64,000 nt of DNA. Origin: an uncultured Gemmatimonadales bacterium. GTDB taxonomy: Bacteria; Gemmatimonadota; Gemmatimonadetes; Gemmatimonadales; GWC2-71-9. Position numbers and translations under genes: made by a program. Each line of letters begins with the position of its first letter. Position 1 is the first letter of the stretch. Under the pieces are notes generated by a model. That model did not search any database. It saw nothing but the letters and a program-made list of their open reading frames with translations, and had not been told where the DNA came from. Positions 41,155 to 51,936 of the stretch are shown piece by piece. Location of the stretch: assembly GCA_963844035.1 (NCBI GenBank), contig CAWJMT010000036.1, forward strand, positions 160,001-224,000, in the 5' to 3' direction.

Positions 41155-41988
41155 TGGACCATATCCGGATGACGTGCGACGGCGCGGTGGGGATCATCAC
41201 GATCGATCGGCGCGAGCGGTTCAACTCGCTGGACGTCGCTACGGCGCAGGAGTTTCGCAAGGCCGGCCTGCAGTTCGCCCGCGACGAGAAGCGTGCGCTG
41301 CGTGGTGATCCGCGGCGCCGGCGGCGTGTTCTGCAGCGGGGCGGATCTCAAGTACATCCGCGAGCAGGGGGACGAGCGCGACTTCGGCTACCTGCAGCCC
41401 GACGGCGTCGGCCCTGCGGCGGGGTTCGGGGAGAGCTTCAAGCAGATCCTCGAGTACATCCACAGCACGATTTCGGAGATCAAGCGGGCGCCCAAGCCGT
41501 TCATCGCCGCGGTGGACGGGATCGCCGCCGCCGGCGGGTTCGGGATCGCGATGGCCTGTGATCTCGTGTACGCGTCGGCGCAGGCGAGCTTCGAGTGGGC
41601 GTATCACAAGACGAGCCTCACGGGTGCCGAGAGCTCGACCTTCTTCCTTCCCCGTCTCATCGGCCTGCGCAAGGCGATGGAGCTGGTGCTGCTCAATCCC
41701 CGCCTCACGGCGCAGGCCGCGACGGAGATGGGGTTGATCACCGGGGTGTTCCCCGCGGAGACGTTCGAGGCCGACGTGCTCGACGTCGCGCGACGCCTGG
41801 CCGCCGGACCCACGCGCGCCTACGCCGTCGCCAAGAGCCTGCTGAATCAGGCGGCCGGTGTGGACCAGCTCGACTACCATCTCGACGAAGAGCTGCAGCA
41901 CCTCGCCCGTATCGCCGACAGCCCCGATTTCGCGGAAGGGTTACGGGCGTTCTTTGCCAAGGAAGCGGCGGCATTCCAGGGGCGGTAA
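41154..41988 (+). CDS. Enoyl-CoA hydratase/isomerase (crotonase, PaaG-like), frameshift near 41290
   Basis: FCSGADL, KPFIAAVDGIAAAGGFGIAMACD, FLPRLIG; TGATG coupling to hypE. Confidence 0.88.
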
Positions 41989-41996
41989 CAGTGACC

Positions 41997-42217
41997 ATGA
42001 AACGCGCGCTCCAGATCATCCTGGCCATCAGCGTCTTCGGATCGCTGTTCTCGGGCGTCCTCACCTATCACGAGCTGTTCGGCGTGTTCCGCCACGGGCT
42101 GTCCAGTGCCGGGTGCACCCGGTACGGTGTTCGGGCTATCCGGCGTGTGTATACGGGTTCTTCATGTATCTCACCATCGCAGGTATCGCAGGGGTAGGTT
42201 TGCGCGCGCGGGGGTGA
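41997..42217 (+). CDS. Small two-TM protein with two Cys (VKOR-N-like), frameshifted
   Basis: Stitched: MKRALQIILAISVFGSLFSGVLTYHELF...GCPVPGAPGTVFGYPACVYGFFMY. Confidence 0.55.
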
Positions 42218-42321
42218 GGTCGCAGGAGTCGCCCGGTGAAGACCGCTTCATGTCACCTTCACCCATTGCCCCACGCTGCGCAGATACACTTCCTTCCAGC
42301 TACCTCAACGGAGACGCGAGA

Positions 42322-42735
42322 ATGAGACGTATGACCTTGGGCCTCGGCGTAATGCTGTTGACCGGCGGTGCGGGCATGGCGCAAAGCCAGACGCCCGGGG
42401 CGCCGCAGGCGGACCCCCGCGGGACCATCTTTGTGCAACGCGGGTGCAACGCATGCCACGGGGTGTGGGCGCTAGGGGTGAAGGCGAAGTCCGATGTCGC
42501 GCCCGATCTCACCTTTGCGTACGTGGACGTGGTGAATCGTTACGGCATGAGCCTGGAAGCGTTTCTCCACGACCCGAGCGGCGTGATGCGCCTGATGCTG
42601 GCCTCTCACCTTCACTTGTCCCTGGCCGACCGGGACTCGATTGCCCACGTGCTCGAAGCGATCTACAGGCAGCACCGCGCACAGCTGAATCGGGAGATTC
42701 CGCTGATCGCGCCGGACAGGGCTCCTTCCAACTAG
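42322..42735 (+). CDS. Monoheme cytochrome c
   Basis: Signal peptide, IFVQRGCNACHGV, APDLT, FLHDPSGVM. Confidence 0.8.
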   Translation: MRRMTLGLGVMLLTGGAGMAQSQTPGAPQADPRGTIFVQRGCNACHGVWALGVKAKSDVAPDLTFAYVDVVNRYGMSLEAFLHDPSGVMRLMLASHLHLSLADRDSIAHVLEAIYRQHRAQLNREIPLIAPDRAPSN

Positions 42736-42740
42736 GGCCC

Positions 42741-44013
42741 GTGCCCATCCACCTCAACTCCGAGGTCGCGGGCTGGCTGGCCGTCGCGGGGCTTGCCGGC
42801 CTCGCCGTGGGCATCGAACGCGAGTGGTCGGGACATGCGGCAGGGCCGGCGGCCCGCTTCGCCGGCGCTCGGACCATGCTGCTGCTGGGCCTTCTGGGAG
42901 GGGTGGCCGGATGGCTGATCGGTGGCGGCCTGGTGATCGCCGGCGCGCTCATCGTCGCCGGGGGCGCAGTGCTGACCGTGGCGGCATACGTGATGGCCGC
43001 GCGGGCCGGCGGGGACAGTATCGAGGGTACCACCGAGGTAGCGGCCCTCCTCGTGCTGGCGCTAGGCGTGGTGGCGGGGCTCGGGTTTCCGCTGCTCACC
43101 AGCGCGGTGGCCGCGGTGACGGTGCTTGCCCTGGTCGAGAAGACGCGCATTCACGCGAGCCGTCGAGCGACTCGGCGAGCGCGAGCTCGCGGCCGCGCTC
43201 CAGTTCGCGGTCCTGGCGCTCGTCATCCTGCCGCTCCTGCCGGCGGGTCCCTACGGTCCGTTCGACAGCATCCGTCCGCGCGCGCTGTGGACTGCCGTGT
43301 TGGTGTTCTCGGGGATCAACTTCGCTGGCTACCTCGCCGGCCGTGCCATTGGGGTGGCGCGCGGTTATAGTCTCACGGGCATTCTCGGCGGCGTCATCTC
43401 GAGCACGGCGGTGACTTTGCAGTTCGCGCGCCGCAGTCGCGACGAGCCGAAGGCGGCCGGAGCGCTTGGCCTGGGCGTGCTGGGGGCATGCACCGTGCTG
43501 GTCGTGCGCGTCGGCGTCGTCGCGACGGTGCTCAGCCCGGTGCTCGGGGCGCGCCTGGTGCCGCGCTTGTTGCCCATACTCGCATTGGGTGCGGCGGCGC
43601 TGGCCCTGGCCTTCGCCCGAGTGCGGGTCGATGGGCCGAAGAAGCCGCCGCGGGAGGACGCCAGCCCGCTGGGATTGTGGGCGGCCCTGAAGATGGTGGC
43701 CGCCTTCCAACTGGTCCTGCTCGCGATCCCGTATGTCCAGGCTGTGTGGGGCTCAGCGGGGGTGCGGTCTTCGGCGGTGCTGCTGGGCCTCACCGATATG
43801 GACGCGTTGACCTTCTCGATGACGAGGCTGGGAACCGACCCGGACGCGGTCGCGCTGGGTGTGGACGCCATTCTCATCGGCCTGCTCACGAACACGATCT
43901 TCAAGCTGGTGCTGGCGCTCATCCTGGGGTCGGGGGCGTTCCGCCGCGTGGTGGGATCGGGCCTCCTGGCGTTGGGGGCGGCGACCTGCCTGGTACTATT
44001 GATCGCGCACTGA
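42741..44013 (+). CDS. MgtC/SapB-family membrane protein (DUF4010-like), frameshift near 43155
   Basis: GLAVGIERE, FAGARTM, GTTEVAAL, GGVISSTAVT, GLTDMDA. Confidence 0.85.
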
Positions 44014-44796
44014 GGTGCGGGTGTCGGGCGGAGTCTGGGCTTCCGTCGCCACGTCGAGCCGCCGTACCGGGGCGCCACCGTAGATGGCCGTTCCCTCGAG
44101 CCGCCGGTGTTTCGGAACGACGCTGAGTGCGCCGACCTGCGTCCCCGCCCCGATCTCCACCCCGATGCCCACCACCGATCCCACGCCGATCGTCACGTTC
44201 GGCCCCAGCCGCACGGCGCCCGTCTTCACGATGCCGCGCTCGACCGTGTGGCCCGAGAGGTGGACCCCGTGGCCGATCACGACATGGTCGCCGAAGTCGA
44301 GCTGGTTGTCGTCCACCACGGCCAGGCTGTTTACGTATACGCCTCGTCCCATGTGTGCGCCGTTCAACCGGTGGTACACCGTCCATACCGGCGTTCCGCG
44401 AAACAGCGCTCCGGCGCACAGTCGAACGACGTGGGTGGAGGCCAAATAGCGGGCCCAGCGGAGCAGCGGCCAGTCGAGATCGGCTATCTTCATCTCGGCG
44501 TCAGCAGGCGTGCGCCAACCGAGGACGCGGGTCGCCGCGGCGGAGAGAGCCATCAGCGTCAACGCGAACGCGACGTAGGCAGGCGCGACCGTCATCGACC
44601 GCAGTACCAAGCACAGCCACGGTGGGCCCGGCACCCAGCTCGAGCCCCAATGCATCACGAGCACGCCGGCAATGACCGCCAGGCCGAACACGCTGGCCTC
44701 GACGAGCAGCAGGGAAACCGCAGCCCACGCGACACGCCCCGCCTTTGCGGCGCGCGGCCCGAAGATGCCGGTGCTGAGCCGAGCGGTTGGGGTCAT
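43996..44796 (-). CDS. Membrane-anchored hexapeptide-repeat acyltransferase
   Basis: Two TM helices, then RLNGAHMGRGVYV, IGHGVHLSGH, TIGVGSVVGIGVEIG, YGGAP. Confidence 0.78.
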   Translation of the reverse strand: MTPTARLSTGIFGPRAAKAGRVAWAAVSLLLVEASVFGLAVIAGVLVMHWGSSWVPGPPWLCLVLRSMTVAPAYVAFALTLMALSAAATRVLGWRTPADAEMKIADLDWPLLRWARYLASTHVVRLCAGALFRGTPVWTVYHRLNGAHMGRGVYVNSLAVVDDNQLDFGDHVVIGHGVHLSGHTVERGIVKTGAVRLGPNVTIGVGSVVGIGVEIGAGTQVGALSVVPKHRRLEGTAIYGGAPVRRLDVATEAQTPPDTRTSVRDQ

Positions 44797-44886
44797 ACGG
44801 ACAGAATACCGGCCGCTTCCCATGCGGTGCGATGAAGAGTGTCTGAAGATCCCCACGCATTGTCCCGGGCGTGGGTGGCGCGCGTT

Positions 44887-45675
44887 ATGATACCGGGGGT
44901 GGACCAGTCCTACGATCCAGGCATCGAGCTCTCCGGCGAAGGCCCGCCGCTCGTCCTCGTCCCGGGGATGGACGGCACCGGGCGGCTGTTCTACCGCCAG
45001 GTGCCCCTCCTCGCACGCCGTTATCGCGTGGCGACGTACCGCCTGCGGGACGACGCTTCAAGCATGGCCGTCCTGGTGGATGACCTCGCTGCAGTGATCC
45101 GGGCGGCCTCCCCGAGCGGAGCCCCGGCGGTCGTGATGGGTGAGTCCTTCGGGGGGACAGTGGCGATGAGTGTGGCGCTGTCCCGACCGGAGCTCGTTGC
45201 GGCCCTCGTCGTGCTGAACTCATTCCCGTACTTCGTGCCGCGCCGGCGCCTGCGGCTCGGGATCTTCGTGCTGCGAGCGATTCCGTTTCCGTGGCAGGTG
45301 ATGAGTCTGGTGCGGCGGGTGACCGCGTTCCGCCTGCACTCGAGGCACACGCATTCTGCGGAGATCCGGCGGTTCCTCGAGCTGACGGCGGACACCACCC
45401 GCCCGGGCTACCTCGGGCGGTTACGCATTCTTCTCGAGTACGATGTGCGCGACCGGCTGGCGGAAATTCGGGCGCCGACGCTGTTTCTCGCGGCCGAGCA
45501 CGACCACCTCGTGCCGTCCGTGCAACAGGCCCACGACATGACGGCGCTCGTGCCTGGCGCCACCCTCCGCGTGTTGGCCGGCCACGGCCACATTTGTCTC
45601 ATTGCGCCCGACATCGATCTCGCGACCATTCTGGCGCGGTGGGGCCCACCCGCTGGCAACCAGGGGAATCCATGA
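44887..45675 (+). CDS. Alpha/beta hydrolase
   Basis: PGMDGTG, nucleophile elbow GESFGG, D..VPS, GH. Confidence 0.88.
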   Translation: MIPGVDQSYDPGIELSGEGPPLVLVPGMDGTGRLFYRQVPLLARRYRVATYRLRDDASSMAVLVDDLAAVIRAASPSGAPAVVMGESFGGTVAMSVALSRPELVAALVVLNSFPYFVPRRRLRLGIFVLRAIPFPWQVMSLVRRVTAFRLHSRHTHSAEIRRFLELTADTTRPGYLGRLRILLEYDVRDRLAEIRAPTLFLAAEHDHLVPSVQQAHDMTALVPGATLRVLAGHGHICLIAPDIDLATILARWGPPAGNQGNP

Positions 45676-45920
45676 ATCAGCGTCTCCACAAGCATCTCAC
45701 GGACCTGCACAGCGAGCTGCTCGCTGCCCGATCCGTCACACCCAAGGATCGGGAACTGCTGCAGCAACTCGCGGCTGATATTCGCGCGATCGTCGAGGGG
45801 AAACCTGCTCCATTGCGGCAGCGCCTGGCCGAGGGCGTGAAGGCATTTGAGGCGTCGCACCCGCAGCTCAGCAAGACGCTGGCCAACGTGATCGACACCC
45901 TCGCGCTCTACAACCTTTAG
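45672..45920 (+). CDS. DUF4404-like small protein
   Basis: L.QLAADI...FEASHPQLSKTLANVIDTL; ATGA overlap with upstream gene. Confidence 0.72.
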   Translation: MNQRLHKHLTDLHSELLAARSVTPKDRELLQQLAADIRAIVEGKPAPLRQRLAEGVKAFEASHPQLSKTLANVIDTLALYNL

Positions 45921-45921
45921 G

Positions 45922-46453
45922 TCAGCGTTCGCGCACGACCATCCAGCGCCCGGTTTCTCCGGTTGGGTTGGGACCCGGATGCGTGACGAATGTGCCGGCG
46001 ATCGTGTCGCCCGACAACCGCCCCTCGAACGTCGTGAGCAGCCGGTCCCCCGTCTCCGGGTCCGCGTACGGCGTCATCATGCCGGTCACCTTGCTGCCCT
46101 CGACCGCGATGAACTTGACGGTGAGCCGTGCTGGAGTTGTGCTCGACCGCAGGTCGGGCGCGAGCGCGGGGTCGGGCGCGAGCGCGGGGTCGGGCCACGG
46201 CTCGAGCGGCTGTCCGAAGCCCGCCGGGATCATCATGATCACGCCCGACGCCGAGTCGCCCTCGCTCGTGATCCGTGAGGTCGATGGTGCCGGAGCGGCC
46301 CGTGAGGGGACTGGCGTACTCGCCCGACCAATGTCCGGCCAGCGCGGGCGCGCCGTGCGTCGGTCCGCTGACTGGAACGATGGGTTCGGGTGCTCTGCAG
46401 GCACCCAGTGCGGCCGCCAGGCCGAGAGCAACGAGAGGAGCGCGTCGAGTCAT
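45922..46453 (-). CDS. Hypothetical lipoprotein, frameshift near 46275
   Basis: Lipobox ALGAC, LAGHWSGEY; C-terminal part in ORF 45922..46431; SD GGAGGT. Confidence 0.65.
46152..46195. repeat. 18-bp tandem repeat (about 2.4 copies) encoding PDPALA
   Basis: GGTCGGGCGCGAGCGCGG twice plus a partial third copy. Confidence 0.8.
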
Positions 46454-46614
46454 ACCCCACCTCCGGGTTGAGTACAGTGTCGCTCGACCCGCTTGAAGGT
46501 GGGATGAAGATGGTTGGAACTCCCCCTCCGGATGGCTTCAGCGAGTCTTCATTGCCCAGGGGTGACTGTTGGGTGGCACGAAGATGTGGGCCCAACCGTC
46601 GAGAGGAGACCGCG

Positions 46615-47571
46615 ATGTCACCGAAGCCCATCGTCGTCGGCGTGGACGATTCCCTCGAATCGCGGCGCGCCCTGGCCTTTGCCTGGAAGATCGCTGATGC
46701 CGCGCACGCGGAGCTCATTGTCGTCCACGCCGTCCCCGATCTCTGGCTCGCGACGGGTCTCAATGAGACCCCGGTGGTCTTGCCCGAGGTTCAGGAAGCA
46801 TTGACGCGCGCCTCGCGCGCTCAGATCGAGCGTGTGGTGGGCGAGGTGTTGCCACACGCCGCCAAGCGCCGTCTCGAGGTACTTGCCGGCCCGGCGGCGT
46901 TTGCCGTCGCCGACGTGGCGCGCCAGCGGCGCGCGGAGCTCGTGGTCCTCGGAGGAAAGCATCACACGGCGCTGGCACGCGGGCTGGGGCGGAGCACCGC
47001 ACGCTACTTGGTGCGGACCCTGGATATCCCCGTGCTCGTCGTGGGCCCTGCAACGGGCCGTGCCACACGCGTGCTGGCGGCGGTCGATCTCTCCGACGCG
47101 GCGATCCCGACGATCAAGGCGGGCGAGCGGTACGCCAAGCTGCTGGGAGGGAAGCTGCGCATCGTGCACGTCGTCGAGCCGCTGCACCTGATGCTCATGC
47201 CGGTCGACGCGCTCGACCAGGAGGCATACGAACGCTACGCCCGCCAGGCATTCGAACGCCTGACCGCCGCGCTCCCCGCCACGGTGCTGGAGGATCAGGT
47301 TGTCCGCACCGGACCGGCGGTCGAGACGATCGTGGCGGAGGCGGCCGCATGGCACGCGGACGTACTGGTCGTCGGATCGCACGGCAAGGGGTGGGTCGAT
47401 CGCTTGCTGATCGGGAGCACTACGGAGCACCTGCTGAACGCCCTGCCCGCATCGGTGCTCGTCATCCCGACAGCGGGGGCCGCGAAACAGGGGAGGGGTG
47501 CACGGCCGCCAAGGCAGACAACTGCGCGCACGCGCAGGGCGAAGGCCACTCCGAAGCGCACCCGACGTTGA
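46615..47571 (+). CDS. Tandem-domain universal stress protein
   Basis: IVVGVDDS...GRSTARYLVR; VLAAVDLS...VVGSHG...LIGSTTEHLL; basic C-terminal tail. Confidence 0.92.
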   Translation: MSPKPIVVGVDDSLESRRALAFAWKIADAAHAELIVVHAVPDLWLATGLNETPVVLPEVQEALTRASRAQIERVVGEVLPHAAKRRLEVLAGPAAFAVADVARQRRAELVVLGGKHHTALARGLGRSTARYLVRTLDIPVLVVGPATGRATRVLAAVDLSDAAIPTIKAGERYAKLLGGKLRIVHVVEPLHLMLMPVDALDQEAYERYARQAFERLTAALPATVLEDQVVRTGPAVETIVAEAAAWHADVLVVGSHGKGWVDRLLIGSTTEHLLNALPASVLVIPTAGAAKQGRGARPPRQTTARTRRAKATPKRTRR

Positions 47572-47574
47572 CGC

Positions 47575-48327
47575 ATGACGTTCGGACGCGCCCTGGTATC
47601 CCCGCGACCTGCGAGCACCGAGCCGGAGGTGGTGTTCCAGGCCCGGCAGATCTCGAAGCTCTACCGGATGGGCGACGTCGAAGTGCACGCATTGCGCGCG
47701 GTCGATCTCGAGCTGTTCCGGGGCGAGTTCGTGGTCATCCTGGGACCTTCCGGAAGCGGCAAGTCCACGCTCTTGAACATCCTCGGGGGGTTGGACGTCC
47801 CGACGAGCGGAACGGTGCGGTTCTTCGACCACACCCTGACGGGCGCGAGCGATCGTGAGTTGACGCGCTTCCGGCGCGAGCACGTCGGCTTCGTCTTTCA
47901 ATTTTACAATCTCATTCCCAGCCTCACCGCGCGCGAGAACGTCGCGCTCGTGACTGAAATCGCCGAACGTCCCATGGATCCGGCCGCGGCCCTCGGATTG
48001 GTGGGACTCGAGCAACGCCTCGATCACTTTCCGGCGCAGTTGTCAGGGGGCGAACAGCAGCGTGTGGCGATCGCACGGGCGGTCGCGAAACAGCCCGATG
48101 CGCTCCTGTGCGATGAGCCCACTGGGGCACTCGACTTTGAGACGGGCAAGGTCGTGCTCGAAGTGCTGGAGCGGGTGAATCGGGAACTCGGCACCACCAC
48201 GGCGATCATCACCCACAATGCCGGCATCGCGGCGATGGCCGACCGCGTGATCCGGCTGCGGAGCGGCCAGATCGCGGACATCCACCGCAATGAGCGGCGC
48301 GCCAGCCCCGGAGAGCTGTCGTGGTAG
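47575..48327 (+). CDS. ABC transporter ATPase (MacB/LolD-like)
   Basis: [40 protein letters not shown]. Confidence 0.95.
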   Translation: MTFGRALVSPRPASTEPEVVFQARQISKLYRMGDVEVHALRAVDLELFRGEFVVILGPSGSGKSTLLNILGGLDVPTSGTVRFFDHTLTGASDRELTRFRREHVGFVFQFYNLIPSLTARENVALVTEIAERPMDPAAALGLVGLEQRLDHFPAQLSGGEQQRVAIARAVAKQPDALLCDEPTGALDFETGKVVLEVLERVNRELGTTTAIITHNAGIAAMADRVIRLRSGQIADIHRNERRASPGELSW

Positions 48328-50697
48328 CCCGCCTTGCGGTGCTCGACCGCAAGCTGCTGCGGGACGTGTGGCACCTGCGCGGCCAGGTGGCGGCGATCGG
48401 CGTCGTCGTGGCGTGCGGAGTGGCGACGGTCGTGACCACGCGAACCTCCTACAACTCGCTCATCGTGTCGCGGGCTGCGTATTACGACGGGTATCGGTTC
48501 GCGGACGTGTTCGCGCATGTGAACCGGGCTCCCGAGACGCTGCGTCCGCGGCTGCTCGAGATTCCGGGCGTGGCGGCGGCCGAGACGCGTCTCGTGACGC
48601 AGGTGACGCTCGATGTCCCCGGGCTTCCGGAGCCCGCGACGGGTCAGCTCGTATCGATCCCCGAACGCCGCCGGCCGATTCTCAACGACCTGCATCTGCG
48701 GCGGGGACGCTGGCCCGAGCCGGGGCGCGGCAACGAAGTGCTCGTGAGCGAGGCGTTCGCTCAGGCGAACCGACTCGGAATTGGCGGCACCCTCGAGGCC
48801 GTCATCAACGGTCGGTGGCAGCGCCTCCGGGTCGTGGGCGTGGCGCTCTCCCCCGAGTATGTGTACGAGATCGCGGCGGGCGGGCTGCTCCCGGACAACA
48901 AGCGCTTCGGCATCCTGTGGATGAGCCGTGAAATGCTCGGTCCGGCGCTCGATATGGTGGGGGCGTTCAACGACGTGTCCTTGACGCTCACTCCGGGCGC
49001 GGTCGAGGCCGATGTGATCGCTCGGGTGGACCGGCTGCTCGAGCAGTACGGCGGGCTGGGTGCGTACGGTCGGAGCGACCAAGCGTCCGCACGGTTCCTG
49101 TCGGACGAAATCGCCCAGAACCGGGTTTCGGGTACGGTCATTCCGGCGATCTTCCTCGGGATTGCCGCCTTCCTCTTGAACGTGGTGCTCGGGCGCCTCG
49201 TCACCACCGAGCGCGAGCAGATCGGCGTACTCAAGGCCTTCGGGTACACCGACTGGGCCGTGGGGTGGCACTACCTGAAGCTCGGGCTTGTGGCGCTGCT
49301 GTTCGGCTGCGCGCTGGGAATCGCGCTGGGGCTCTGGTTTGCATCGCGAACGGTCGCGCTATACGCAGAGTACTATCGCTTTCCGGTTTTCCTGTTTCGC
49401 TTCGATTGGGTGGCCGTCGGGCTTGCGGTGCTTGTAACGCTCGTCGCGGCGCTGGCGGGTGCCGTAGGCGCGGTGCGCCGCGTGGTGGCGCTCTCTCCCG
49501 CCACGGCGATGCTGGCCGAGCCCCCGACTCATTTTCGTGCCGGCGTGCTCGAGCGCCTCGGGCTGCATCGTTGGCTCTCGCCTCCGGGGCGCATCGCCAT
49601 GCGCAACCTGGAGCGCCGCCCGCTCAAGGCGGCTTTTTCGGCTCTCGGGATCGCCCTTGCGGTGGCCATCCTCCTTGTGGGCCGCTTCTTCGTGGACGCG
49701 ATCGCCATGATCGCCGAGGTGCAGTTCCGTCACGTCCAGCGGGAGAACCTCATGGTGGTGTTCAATGCCCCGGCTTCGGCGGCGGCGCGCTACGACCTGA
49801 CACGGCTCCCTGGCGTGCTGCGCTCCGAGCCGTTCCGGATGGCACCCGTCCGGCTGCGGGCCGGACATTACAGCCGCCGAACGGCGCTGCTGGGCCTCGA
49901 GGAGACGGGGGAGCTGCGGCAGCTGGTTGGGCGTCGGCTGGTCCCAACAACGCTGCCTCCACAGGGTGTGCTGCTCACTACCAAGCTGGGCGAGGTCCTC
50001 CACGTGTCGCCGGGCGATACCGTCACTGTCGAGGTATTGGAGGGCGAGCGGCAGGAGCGGCGGGTTGCGGTCGCAGGGTTCGTGGACGAACTGCTGGGCT
50101 TGTCGGCCTACATGGAGCAACACGCGTTGAATCGGCTGCTGTCCGAAGGGAACACCCTGTCGGGAGCCTTCCTGCGCGTGGACCCGTTCGCCGCCCCGGC
50201 GCTGTACGGGCGGCTGAAGCGGCTCCCGGCGATCGCCGGGGTCTCGAGCCGCGACGCGGCGCTCCAGAGCTTCGAGGAGTCCCTCGCTGAGAGCATCGGC
50301 CTCATTACCGCGATTCTGGTCGGGTTCGCGGGCGCGCTGGCAGTTGCCATCGTTTACAATGCGGCCCGCATCGCGTTGTCCGAGCGTGCCCGCGAGCTTG
50401 CGAGCCTGCGGGTGCTCGGCTTCACGCGGGGCGAGATCGCCGGCATGTTGTTCGGGGAGCAGGGTGTACTCATCGCAACCGGCGTTGCGGCGGGGCTCCT
50501 GCTTGGATACCAGCTGTGCGGCGTCCTCTGCCGGCCTGTACCAGTGGGAGCTGTTCCGGATCCCACTGGTGCTGAGCCCGCAGACGTACGTCTTCGCCGT
50601 CGCCGTGGTCGTCGCGGCGGCGATCGGCACGGCCCTCGTCGTCCGCCGGCGGATCAATCGACTGGACCTCGTGGCGGTCCTCAAGACCCGGGAGTGA
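48321..50697 (+). CDS. FtsX/MacB-type ABC permease, frameshift near 50530
   Basis: [35 protein letters not shown]; true C-terminus [11 protein letters not shown] in ORF 50344..50697. Confidence 0.9.
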
Positions 50698-50705
50698 CTG
50701 GGACG

Positions 50706-51887
50706 ATGACTATGTCTCCCAAACGCATCGCACTCGCCGCGGCGGCCGTCATCGTAATCGTGGGTGCGATCCTGTTCCTGAGGCCGGCCCCGGTTGCGGT
50801 CGAGGTGGCCCGCCCGGTGCGTGGGCCGATGCAGCTGACCATCGACGAGGAGGGGCAGACCCGCGTGCGCGACCGCTACGTGGTGGCGGCGCCGGTCGGC
50901 GGCCGGGTTGCGCGCATCACCCTCCGGGAGGGCGATGCGGTGACGCCGGCGACCGTCGTGGCCCGGATGTTCGCGGCACCGCTCGATTCCCGCGCCCGGG
51001 AAGCGGGAGCCGCGCGCGTCCACCAGGCGGAGGATTCCCGGAGCGCGGCGGCCGCCGCGGTCGCGCAGGCGCGCGCCGCACTCGAGCAAGCGCGACGCAC
51101 CCACGAGCGCTCGGAGCAGCTCGCCGCCGAGAACCTGATCGCGCCCGAGGAGCGCGAACGGGCCGAGCTCGACGAGACCACGCGTGCCCGCGAGCTCGAG
51201 GCGGCCGACTTCCGGGCGCAAGCCGCGGCACACGATGTGGAAGTCGCCCGTGCCGCGCTCCTCGGGAACGGGAACGCGATCGTGCTGCGGTCGCCGCTTT
51301 CGGGCAAAGTGCTGCGCGTCCCGGATCCGAGTGAGCGCGTGGTCCCCCCGGGGACTGCCCTGGTGGAGATCGGCGATCCCTCGAAGCTCGAGGTTGTCGC
51401 CGACCTGCTGTCCAGCGATGCGGTGCAGGTCAAGCCCGGTGACCTCGTGATGTTCGAGGGCTGGGGCGGCGGGCCCCTGCGCGGACGGTTGCGGGTGATC
51501 GAGCCCTCGGGATTCACCAAAGTCTCGGCCCTGGGCGTCGAGGAACAACGGGTGAACGTCGTCGCCGACTTCGAGGATACGGTTCCCTCTCTGGGCGACC
51601 GCTATCGAGTCGAGGCGAGGATCGTTGTGTGGGAGGGGGCGAACGTCCTCAAGGTCCCCGGAAGCGCCCTGTTTCGGACCGGCGACGGCTGGAGCGTGTT
51701 CGTGGTTCAGGGGGGGCGGGCCCGGCGGCGGGACGTCACGGTCGGACACCGCGGTGCGTTCGAGACGGAGATCGAATCGGGCATCGCGGAGGGGCAGGTC
51801 GTGATTCGCGATCCGACCGACCGGATCGCTGACGGAGTGCGAGTTGCCGTGAAGCAATCAACCAAGGAGGACGGCCATGTTCCGTAG
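50706..51887 (+). CDS. HlyD/MFP periplasmic adaptor
   Basis: TM helix, EEGQTRVRDRYVVAAPVGG, TKVSALGVEEQRV. Confidence 0.9.
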   Translation: MTMSPKRIALAAAAVIVIVGAILFLRPAPVAVEVARPVRGPMQLTIDEEGQTRVRDRYVVAAPVGGRVARITLREGDAVTPATVVARMFAAPLDSRAREAGAARVHQAEDSRSAAAAAVAQARAALEQARRTHERSEQLAAENLIAPEERERAELDETTRARELEAADFRAQAAAHDVEVARAALLGNGNAIVLRSPLSGKVLRVPDPSERVVPPGTALVEIGDPSKLEVVADLLSSDAVQVKPGDLVMFEGWGGGPLRGRLRVIEPSGFTKVSALGVEEQRVNVVADFEDTVPSLGDRYRVEARIVVWEGANVLKVPGSALFRTGDGWSVFVVQGGRARRRDVTVGHRGAFETEIESGIAEGQVVIRDPTDRIADGVRVAVKQSTKEDGHVP

Positions 51888-51899
51888 CATCACAGGGAG

Positions 51900-51928
51900 G
51901 CCGGGAACCGTCGTCTGAGGTTCCCGGC
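51900..51928. terminator. Hairpin between convergent genes
   Basis: GCCGGGAACC-N9-GGTTCCCGGC; no U-tract. Confidence 0.5.
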
Positions 51929-51936
51929 CGGGCGCG

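Noticed and set aside
48321..51887. Apparent permease-MFP fusion (1188 aa)
   Set aside because: The permease C-terminus lies in another frame ending at 50697; a frameshift artefact.
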